Of a DNA stretch of 38,872 nt, positions 32,208-38,872 are shown in pieces. The notes below the pieces were generated by a model that was not told where the DNA came from, searched no databases, and saw nothing but the letters and a program-made list of their open reading frames with translations. The stretch is from an archaeon. Its GTDB lineage: Archaea > Nanobdellota > Nanobdellia > Pacearchaeales > GW2011-AR1. The position numbers and the translations under genes were made by a program. Positions within the stretch are counted from its first letter, which is position 1. Every line of letters begins with the position of its first letter. The stretch lies in the NCBI GenBank assembly GCA_027341315.1, contig DAIENA010000001.1:1-38872 (forward strand), in the 5' to 3' direction.

Positions 32208-34649
32208 TTAATTAGTTTGAGACGAGTTTTCTTTTTCTTCCAATTTTTTTCTATATTCTTCAACCCTTTTTTTATTTGTTTCACATTCAGTATTAAAACA
32301 AAAAATCCATGGTTTTTTTCCCTTTTGCAATGCCATCAGCAACGGGAAACCACATTTTTCACAGTTTTTTCCGACTTGCTTAATCGTTCCGTACGGCGGA
32401 AGGGAATAAGTATTCTTACATTCAGGATAACCAGAACAGGATATGAAAAATTTTCTGTTTTTTGGAGAGTAAGTTATTCTTAAATGATTCTTTTTACATT
32501 TTGGACAGAGGTTGAGTTTATTTTCTTCTCTTTCTATTTTTCTCAGGCTTTCCTGCGCGTGGACAAGGTCATTTCCAATAAACTTTCCTTTTTCTTCAAA
32601 TTCTTTTGCAATTTCCACGATTTGTTCTTTTGCCTCGTCGAGGATTTTCTTTTCTTTTTCTTTTAAATCAGCGATTTCGACGTAATCATGCTCGACAATT
32701 TCGTCCATTTCATTCTGAAGTTTCCCGGTCAACTTTTCATCAATGATTATCGGCGAATAATTTTCCAAGGTTTTTATTAAGGACATTCCAATTGGTGTTG
32801 CTTCAATTGATTTTTCGCGAATATACCCTCTGTCATAAAGTGTTTCGATAATTGCGGCGCGCGTCGCCTTTGTTCCGAGATTTCTTTTTTCGAGTTCTGA
32901 AATTATCGAAGCGGGGGAGTATCTTCTTGGCGGCTGGGTGACTTTTTCGTCAACTCTTGTGTCTTTTATGATTTTCTCGCCATCAGCGTCGGGAATTTCA
33001 CTTTCGCTTGTTTTCACCGGATAAAATTCCATCCACGATTTTTTTCTAATGTGGTAACCCGAAGTTGAAAAAGTATAATCCTTAATTTTTCCGGAAATTC
33101 TTTTTCGATCTATCACCGCATCGTCACAAAAAAGAGCAAGAAATCTTTTTACAATTAAATCATAAATTTTCTCTTCGGCGCCGGATAAAATTTGTTTTGC
33201 CCCCGTCGGGTAAATTGAAGGATGGGCCGGGTCGGTTTTATTTCCTTCAACGGGTTTATCGCGCGTGATTAATTTTGAAACCTTATATCTTATTTTAAGA
33301 ATTTCCAGAATTGATTTGTAATCAATCGACGACGGAAGTTTTTGCGATGAAGTTCTTGGGTAAGAAATTAAACCCGCGAGATAAAGCGACTGCGCTGCTT
33401 TAAGAGAATTTGTCGGAGTAATTCCATAAAGTTTGTATGCTTCCGTTTGAAGGCTTGTTAAATCAAACGGAGGATTCGGCGGAACTCTTTGTTCTAACTT
33501 TTTTGTTTCAAGATTTATTTTTTTCCTGATTATTCCTTCAAAATTTTTTAATTCTTTTTTGTCAAAAAACTGTTTTGTACATTTTAATTCCAATTCAGGA
33601 TTGTCAATTGTTAAGAAAAATTCCCAATAAGGTTCCTGTTTAAAATTCATGATTTCTCTTTCTTTATCGACGATAAGTTTTAGCGCCGGTCCCTGAACTC
33701 TTCCGATTGACATAATCTTAAACTTCCCGGTTAATTTTATTGCATTCATAAGCGCACGCGAGAGGTTTATTCCGTAAAACCAATCAAGAAAATGTCTCGA
33801 TTCGCCCGCGACAGCCTGCCCCCAGTTAATTTTATTAGATTTTTCTTCATATGCTTTATTTAATTCAGCTGAGGTTAATGTTGAAAATTTCATTCTATTT
33901 GCATCGCTTTGATTGCATATCAATTTAACAACATTTTTTCCTATGACTTCTCCCTCGACGTCAAAATCCGTCGCGACGGTTATAGAGCCTGCATTTTTTG
34001 CGAGTTTGAGTAAAGTGTCGTAATATTTTTTTGTGAAGTCTCCTTTTTTTACAAGATAATTTGGCACCCATGAAATATCAAAAACCGGAATACCCGAACC
34101 GGGTGTGTTTTGCTTTAAAGTAAACAAATGACCGACGGCGCATGCGACAATTATTTTTTTTCCGTTTCGGTCGACTTCATAATAAGGGACTCCGCGAATA
34201 ATTTCTCTTTTTGTTGAGACGCCCAGAGCACTCGAAATTTTAAGCGCTGCCTGCGGTTTTTCCGTGATTATTAATTCATATCCGTTCGATTTTAAGAGTA
34301 TTTTTGGAATTTCATAAATTTCTTCTTTTATGGTTGTTGTTTTTTCCTTTTTTCCGACGGTTTTTTTTCTGGACTTTTGCGCCCTTGATTTTTTTCTTTT
34401 TTTTATGTTCCCTTCTTTTTCAATGACAATTAATTCTTCTCGCTCGGGTTTGTTTGAAATTTTTTCGACTACCATTGATTTTTCTATAACAGGGCTGTAT
34501 GACTTCACTTCTTTTTCTGTTGCACTTCTTAAAAATTCTTCACGCGAAGGCTCGGGCTTCACTTCTTTTTCGGTTGTTTTTTTCAGGTCCAGACCAGGTC
34601 TGAAAAAAGATTCCGTTGCGCTTTCTTCACGTGACTTTCGTTTCGCCAT
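32208..34649 (-). CDS. topA: Type IA DNA topoisomerase (TopA / topoisomerase III-like) with an N-terminal Lys/Glu-rich extension and C-terminal zinc ribbons
   Basis: Toprim motifs ELIITEKP and ATDFDVEGEVIG. Active-site tyrosine region GLISYPRTSSQKLP. C-terminal CPKC...CSGYPEC and CEKCG zinc fingers. Confidence 0.9.
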   Translation of the reverse strand: MAKRKSREESATESFFRPGLDLKKTTEKEVKPEPSREEFLRSATEKEVKSYSPVIEKSMVVEKISNKPEREELIVIEKEGNIKKRKKSRAQKSRKKTVGKKEKTTTIKEEIYEIPKILLKSNGYELIITEKPQAALKISSALGVSTKREIIRGVPYYEVDRNGKKIIVACAVGHLFTLKQNTPGSGIPVFDISWVPNYLVKKGDFTKKYYDTLLKLAKNAGSITVATDFDVEGEVIGKNVVKLICNQSDANRMKFSTLTSAELNKAYEEKSNKINWGQAVAGESRHFLDWFYGINLSRALMNAIKLTGKFKIMSIGRVQGPALKLIVDKEREIMNFKQEPYWEFFLTIDNPELELKCTKQFFDKKELKNFEGIIRKKINLETKKLEQRVPPNPPFDLTSLQTEAYKLYGITPTNSLKAAQSLYLAGLISYPRTSSQKLPSSIDYKSILEILKIRYKVSKLITRDKPVEGNKTDPAHPSIYPTGAKQILSGAEEKIYDLIVKRFLALFCDDAVIDRKRISGKIKDYTFSTSGYHIRKKSWMEFYPVKTSESEIPDADGEKIIKDTRVDEKVTQPPRRYSPASIISELEKRNLGTKATRAAIIETLYDRGYIREKSIEATPIGMSLIKTLENYSPIIIDEKLTGKLQNEMDEIVEHDYVEIADLKEKEKKILDEAKEQIVEIAKEFEEKGKFIGNDLVHAQESLRKIEREENKLNLCPKCKKNHLRITYSPKNRKFFISCSGYPECKNTYSLPPYGTIKQVGKNCEKCGFPLLMALQKGKKPWIFCFNTECETNKKRVEEYRKKLEEKENSSQTN

Positions 34650-34670
34650 GCAATTTTTATAAGGGTCTCT

Positions 34671-34679
34671 TTTATATAA
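34671..34679 (-). promoter_or_regulatory. TATA box (TTATATAAA on the minus strand) for topA
   Basis: Centre about 26 nt upstream of the minus-strand ATG at 34649. Confidence 0.4.
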
Positions 34680-34757
34680 GTTTTTGTTTTGAAAACAATA
34701 TGAATGAGGACGTTTTAGAAATCTTTAAAAGCGGGCGACGCCCTCTAATTTTATAAC

Positions 34758-34833
34758 AGCGAGGTAGAGCAGTCTGGAGTGCTCGTCGGGCCCATAACCC
34801 GGAGGTCGTGTGGTTCAAATCCCACCCTCGCTA
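34758..34833 (+). tRNA. Initiator-type tRNA-Met (anticodon CAT)
   Basis: Hand-folded. Acceptor AGCGAGG/CCTCGCT (A1:U72), D-arm GAGC..GCTC, anticodon stem TCGGG/CCCGG with three G-C pairs next to the loop CCCATAA, T-loop TTCAAAT, discriminator A. The T-stem GTG(T)GG/CCCAC needs one bulged T. Confidence 0.75.
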
Positions 34834-34842
34834 TCTTTTAAA

Positions 34843-35244
34843 ATGCAAACATTTCTTCCGTATCCAAATTTTGAAAAATCGCTTCGGACTCTTGACAGCC
34901 GCAGGCTTGGAAAACAAAGGGTTGAAGCTTTTCAAATTCTGAATATAATTCTGAAGAGAACAAAAACAAAAGGATGGGTGAATCATCCCGCTGTCAAAAT
35001 GTGGAAAAATTATCCTAATGCCTTAAAAATTTATTTTAATTTTTCTCTTCGTGAATGGAAAAAAAGAGGTTACATTAACAACATGAAATCTGAAAGAGTT
35101 GCCGGAAAAATTGTTATGCCAAGATGGGTTGGAGACAAAAAATTCCACGCTTCACACAGGAGTAACCTCTTAAGAAAAAATGAAGAATATTATTCACGTT
35201 TTAAATGGAAGGAGTCAAAAAATCTCGATTACATCTGGCCTTGA
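34843..35244 (+). CDS. MSMEG_6728-family / T4 endonuclease V-like (pyrimidine-dimer DNA glycosylase family) protein
   Basis: MQTFLPYPNFEKSLRTLDSRRLGKQRVEAFQIL...GWVNHPAVKMW...YIWP resembles this family as I recall it. The ORF-track start at 34810 overlaps the tRNA, so I trimmed it to the ATG at 34843. Confidence 0.5.
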   Translation: MQTFLPYPNFEKSLRTLDSRRLGKQRVEAFQILNIILKRTKTKGWVNHPAVKMWKNYPNALKIYFNFSLREWKKRGYINNMKSERVAGKIVMPRWVGDKKFHASHRSNLLRKNEEYYSRFKWKESKNLDYIWP

Positions 35245-35255
35245 GTAACTTTTAT

Positions 35256-35693
35256 TCACAATTTTTCTTCAAACTTTTCACGTTCTCTGTGAATCTTGAC
35301 GAGGACGTTAAAGTCTTCCTCGCTTATAGAACTTGAATTTAAATCGTTGCCGGCGACGGCGTTTCTCCACTTTTTGTAGTCACCCCGTTTAATTCCCTCG
35401 GCAAGTTTTTTTTCATTAAATTTGTAAAACCCGGAACCGTTCGTCGAATTAAAAGTTTTGTTTGTGAACTCTTTATTCATCTCTTTGAAAAAATCGAAAT
35501 TTTTACTTAGAGGTAAATTGTTGGTCTTAAGAAAATCCTCCGGATTATTTTTAATCATTTTGAATGTATCCGCGTGAGGCAAAAGACTTGAGTCCGCAAC
35601 GGGTATCGCGACGGCGCTTCCACCGATAAGAATCATCCCGAGAGCAATTGCAGAAAACAATTTTCTCTTTTTGGATCTTTTACTTTTTTTCAT
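35256..35693 (-). CDS. Hypothetical secreted or membrane-anchored protein (145 aa)
   Basis: Basic N-terminus MKKSKRSKKRK followed by the hydrophobic helix LFSAIALGMILIGGSAVAIPVA. Confidence 0.5.
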   Translation of the reverse strand: MKKSKRSKKRKLFSAIALGMILIGGSAVAIPVADSSLLPHADTFKMIKNNPEDFLKTNNLPLSKNFDFFKEMNKEFTNKTFNSTNGSGFYKFNEKKLAEGIKRGDYKKWRNAVAGNDLNSSSISEEDFNVLVKIHREREKFEEKL

Positions 35694-35792
35694 TTTATCT
35701 AAGACCTTAAGAAAAATAATTGATTCCCTTTTAAAACAAAAGTGGAACTAAAATCCATATAGATATTTAAATAACAAAATATTGTTTTTATT

Positions 35793-36485
35793 ATGCTCGT
35801 GAATGTAATTGAAAGAGTCCTGTTTCCCAACACGTTTGGAATGGAATTGATTTATTCATTTGTAATTATTTTTTGTAGTCTCTTAATTTATTTTAGCACA
35901 AAAAAAATGTACGAAGTCAGTAAATACGAAGGGATAAAATATTTCAGAATATCTTTTATATTTTTTGCAATAGCTTATTTTTTTAAATCATTCATTAGTT
36001 TTTCGCTGGTGTTTTTTGGATTTCACGAAGCCATGGAATTTTTGTCGGTTCTTCTCGGAGTCGTGACGTTATTCTTGTTTATGTATGCGAGTACGATGGC
36101 GATATTTTATTTGTTGTACAGCGTCGTCTGGAAGCATGTTGAAAACAAGAAATTCATAATTCCCCTCGCTCACGTCCTTGTTTTAGTCATCTCGGCGGCG
36201 AGTATTTTGTACATGTCCGCGTGGGCTCTGATTGTAATACAAGTTGGGCTGTTTGGATTTATCGCAGTTTCAAATTATCTTTCATACAATAAACTTAACA
36301 GAAAGAAAAAATCCGGTTCCATTCATGTGATTTATTTTTTCCTGTTTATATTCTGGATGTTAAACCTGTCGGACATTTTGGTTTCCGGGTTTGACCCTAT
36401 TTTTGAAATTTTAGTTTCTTTTGTTTCAATAGGAATATTTCTAACAATTCTCTACAAAGTTACAAAAAACGTGGGACTAAACTAA
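35793..36485 (+). CDS. Polytopic integral membrane protein (about 6-7 TM)
   Basis: Repeated hydrophobic segments throughout. Coupled to the next gene by TAA-A-ATG. Confidence 0.55.
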   Translation: MLVNVIERVLFPNTFGMELIYSFVIIFCSLLIYFSTKKMYEVSKYEGIKYFRISFIFFAIAYFFKSFISFSLVFFGFHEAMEFLSVLLGVVTLFLFMYASTMAIFYLLYSVVWKHVENKKFIIPLAHVLVLVISAASILYMSAWALIVIQVGLFGFIAVSNYLSYNKLNRKKKSGSIHVIYFFLFIFWMLNLSDILVSGFDPIFEILVSFVSIGIFLTILYKVTKNVGLN

Positions 36486-36486
36486 A

Positions 36487-36759
36487 ATGGTAAAACGTGA
36501 CAAACTTGAAATAATAAAAGATATTTTGAAAATTATAAAAGATAATCACGGGCATATTAAGATGACTCCCCTCTTAAGGAAATCCAATTTATCTTCAAAA
36601 CGTTTTGCCGACTATAAATCCGAACTTCTTGGAAGGGAATTAATTTCTGAAGTGGAGGAAAAAAAATTAGGAAGACAAATACTTATCACCATGAAAGGGA
36701 TGGAATTTTTAGAAAAATACCGCGCGATTGTTAATTTTGTTAATGAGTTTGATTTGTAA
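36487..36759 (+). CDS. Small winged-helix DNA-binding protein (archaeal wHTH family)
   Basis: 90 aa; KLEIIKDILKII...MTPLLRKSNLSSKRFADYKSELLGRELI...ITMKGMEFLEKY has a wHTH-like pattern. Confidence 0.5.
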   Translation: MVKRDKLEIIKDILKIIKDNHGHIKMTPLLRKSNLSSKRFADYKSELLGRELISEVEEKKLGRQILITMKGMEFLEKYRAIVNFVNEFDL

Positions 36760-37240
36760 GTTTGGAATTTTTTCTTAATCGGATAGAAAAAACTTCGAAT
36801 CCAAATTTGCCCGCAAGATTTAATGAACCTTTATTTACAGAATAAACTCTCCACTCAAAAAAATCAACTTTTTTATTTTTCATCTCTTTCATTAAAAATT
36901 TTACAAGCTTAGCCCCAAATCCCTTTCTTCTTGAAGTCTTGTTTAGATATATTTTGTCAATTAAACCCATTCTTCCGCCATAAGAAGTCTCAACAATTCC
37001 TTCTCCAAAACCAATTATTTGGTCATTGACCTGTAAAACAATAAATGTTATATTTTTTGCATTTATTTCTTTAATGAATAATTTCCTCCTAGAACTTTTT
37101 TTATTTTTGAATTCGTTATAAATTGATTTGTAAGTCCTTTTTGGGAATCTCTCTTTTATTTCTTCAATTCCTCCTTCTGAATAAATTGCATCTATCTCCT
37201 CAAAATCTTTTTTTACTGCTTTTCTTATTTGTATTTTCAT
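36740..37240 (-). CDS. GNAT-family N-acetyltransferase
   Basis: IIGFGEG...IYLNKTSRRKGFGAKLVKFLMKE contains acetyl-CoA-binding motif A (R-x-x-G-x-G/A). Confidence 0.7.
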   Translation of the reverse strand: MKIQIRKAVKKDFEEIDAIYSEGGIEEIKERFPKRTYKSIYNEFKNKKSSRRKLFIKEINAKNITFIVLQVNDQIIGFGEGIVETSYGGRMGLIDKIYLNKTSRRKGFGAKLVKFLMKEMKNKKVDFFEWRVYSVNKGSLNLAGKFGFEVFSIRLRKNSKLTNQTH

Positions 37241-37241
37241 T

Positions 37242-38117
37242 TTACATTCTTCTTAAAACTTCGATTCGTTTTTCTAATGGCGGATGCGTCGACGTTAAAT
37301 TTCCGAACGGATTTGAGAAAAACATCGGCGCGAGAGCCTTTGAAACTTTTTTTTCCGGCGAATTTTCTTTTTTTATTTTTTCAAGGGCTCTAATTAAACC
37401 TTCGGGATTTCTTGTAAATTTTACGGCGGTCGCGTCGGCGGTGTATTCTCTTTTTCTTGAAATTGAAAGTTGTACAAGACCAACGACGATTGGCGCGACG
37501 ATTGCAAGAACAATTCCGATTATAACAAAAATTCCGGAATCTTTATTATCGTTTCCTCCGCTCCTAAACCAAAGACTTCTTAAGAAAATTTGCGAAATTA
37601 TTGAAATCATTCCGACCATGACTGTTACAAGAGTGATGAACCGAATATCGTAATTTGCGACGTGACCCATCTCATGTGCAAGCACTCCTTCAAGTTCACG
37701 TCTTTCGAGTTTTTCCAGAGCCCCGGTTGTTACACAAACGACGGCGTGCTTTGGGTCTCTACCGCTCGCAAAAGCATTTATCGACGGCGATTCCATAATA
37801 TAAAGCCTAGGCATCGGAAGCGACGACGCAACGGTCAATCCTTCGACGAGACGATAAAAATCCCGGTACTTGATTTTATCCGCCGGCTTTGCACGAACTG
37901 ACGAAATTGCAATTTTATCAGAATTGTAAAAATTAATCCAGGTGTAAGTTAAAGAAAAAATTACCGCGATAATCATAATAAAGAAAAAATAACTTGGATC
38001 AAAAGCAAGGGAGATTACATAACCTAAAAGCACAATTACAACCGCAACCGATATCATTAAGAAAAATGAATTTCTTTTATTTCTTGAAATCTGGTCGCGA
38101 AAGTCAATGTATTCCAT
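37242..38117 (-). CDS. htpX: HtpX-type M48 zinc metalloprotease (membrane)
   Basis: HEMGHV zinc motif, flanking TM helices, and a C-terminal FSTHPPLEKRI-like motif (LTSTHPPLEKRIEVL). Confidence 0.85.
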   Translation of the reverse strand: MEYIDFRDQISRNKRNSFFLMISVAVVIVLLGYVISLAFDPSYFFFIMIIAVIFSLTYTWINFYNSDKIAISSVRAKPADKIKYRDFYRLVEGLTVASSLPMPRLYIMESPSINAFASGRDPKHAVVCVTTGALEKLERRELEGVLAHEMGHVANYDIRFITLVTVMVGMISIISQIFLRSLWFRSGGNDNKDSGIFVIIGIVLAIVAPIVVGLVQLSISRKREYTADATAVKFTRNPEGLIRALEKIKKENSPEKKVSKALAPMFFSNPFGNLTSTHPPLEKRIEVLRRM

Positions 38118-38169
38118 GAAAAAAATAAAGGGGAGGGAGTTTTTAAGGATTTTTAATTATCCCCAAAAA

Positions 38170-38508
38170 TTAATTTTTATTATAATCTCCAAAAGTGCGC
38201 TTTGACATTTGGTCTTGAAATTTTTTGAATTCTGTTTCTTCGGGATTTTTTCTCGGAAACATTTCGGGATGAGATTTACACTGCGCCTCAAATTGATCGA
38301 AATTTGGTCTAACATCTCCTCCAAGAAGGTAATATGATTTAGGCATTAAATTTTTTGATGAAATAAGAATTTCAACTTCGTCCGGTTCATATCCAAAAAA
38401 TTCTATGTAATTTATATTTTTTTCTTTCATAAGATTAGAAATCCTTTCACATTCATTTGAGGAATTTCTGAAGAAAGTTATTTTACCTGGGGAATCTAAT
38501 GATGGCAT
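38170..38508 (-). CDS. Hypothetical protein (112 aa)
   Basis: ORF between lemA and htpX on the same strand. There is a faint glutaredoxin/ArsC-like beginning (KITFFRNSSNECERISNLMKEKNINYIEF), but with only one Cys. Confidence 0.4.
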   Translation of the reverse strand: MPSLDSPGKITFFRNSSNECERISNLMKEKNINYIEFFGYEPDEVEILISSKNLMPKSYYLLGGDVRPNFDQFEAQCKSHPEMFPRKNPEETEFKKFQDQMSKRTFGDYNKN

Positions 38509-38547
38509 GACCTAAACAGAGATTAATCATTTAAAAATATTATTGTT

Positions 38548-38872
38548 TTAGAAACTAACTTTTGGAGCTTTCTTTTCAGCATCGGCAATCTGTAAATATT
38601 CTTTTGCTTTTCTGTTGTAAATTCCCGCAAAAACTGCTCCCGGAAATTTCTGAGTCATGTTATTGTAGCTAAGGATTGAGTCATTGTAATTTTGCCTTGC
38701 ATATGCAACTCTGTCTTCAGTTGAGGACAATTCTCTTTGAAGCTCGACGAAGTTTGTGTTTGCTTTCAAATCCGGATAATTTTCGGCGACGGCAAAAAGT
38801 CTTCCAAGAGCGCTTTCCAAAACGCCGTTCGCTTTGACTTTTCCGACGAGGTCTTTAGCCGACATCATCGCC
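38548..38872 (-). CDS. lemA: LemA family protein. Partial: the N-terminus lies beyond the window end.
   Basis: LGRLFAVAENYPDLKANTNFVELQRELSSTEDRVAYARQNYNDSILSYNN is the conserved LemA core. The frame stays open to the window edge. Confidence 0.8.
   Translation of the reverse strand, partial: AMMSAKDLVGKVKANGVLESALGRLFAVAENYPDLKANTNFVELQRELSSTEDRVAYARQNYNDSILSYNNMTQKFPGAVFAGIYNRKAKEYLQIADAEKKAPKVSF

Noticed and set aside
34749-34757. TTTTATAAC immediately abutting the 5' end of tRNA-iMet, considered as its TATA box
   Set aside because: A TATA box at this position would start transcription about 25 nt inside the tRNA. CTTTAAAA at 34723-34730 (about 31 nt upstream) is a more plausible promoter. 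The abutting motif may be coincidental, or may serve the minus strand.
1-38872. CRISPR arrays, cas genes, transposases/IS elements, integrases, rRNA genes
   Set aside because: No regularly spaced repeat array and none of the characteristic protein motifs were seen in any frame. The only repeats are the short ones listed as features.

Overview
This is a visibly AT-rich, tightly packed archaeal window. The archaeal assignment rests on RNA polymerase subunits H, B, A and L, archaeal NusA, uS12/uS7, aEF-2, RadB plus NreA, and an intron-containing tRNA with a bulge-helix-bulge motif. TTTATAAA TATA boxes sit about 22-32 nt upstream of many start codons, so most transcripts are probably leaderless. 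Many short lineage-specific ORFs and several bacterial-type genes (NrdR, PlsC-like acyltransferase, PAP2, HtpX, LemA) fit a small-genome DPANN-type archaeon; that placement is inference only, since no search was possible.

The window has three blocks. (1) 1.9-10.3 kb is a dNTP-supply island: NrdR, class II B12-dependent ribonucleotide reductase, an HD hydrolase, corrinoid adenosyltransferase, a kinase fused to dCMP deaminase, a degenerate thymidylate-kinase-like gene, ThyX and thioredoxin. (2) 11.1-27.2 kb is the conserved rpoH-rpoB-rpoA-nusA-rps12-rps7-EF2 superoperon, but heavily interrupted. (3) 27.3-38.9 kb holds mixed envelope, repair and housekeeping genes: an acyltransferase with an in-frame TGA, PAP2, RpoL, RadB-NreA, type IA topoisomerase, initiator tRNA, GNAT, HtpX and LemA.

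The best candidate for something undescribed is a set of small (84-104 aa) acidic/Lys-rich ORFs with no domain I recognise. Four lie between rpoB and rpoA and two between rps12 and rps7, all translationally coupled to the essential genes. Five of the six share, by eye, an N-terminal motif and likely fold; one is flanked by a perfect 21-bp direct repeat.

Other notable points:
- rpoA is a single unsplit gene.
- A two-domain PEP-utilising-type phosphotransferase lies inside the rpo-nusA interval.
- The tRNA-Lys gene carries a duplicated 5' fragment 110 bp upstream, with its promoter placed in front of the upstream copy.
- The initiator tRNA has C33 and a bulged T-stem.

No CRISPR array, rRNA gene, transposase or intein was seen.
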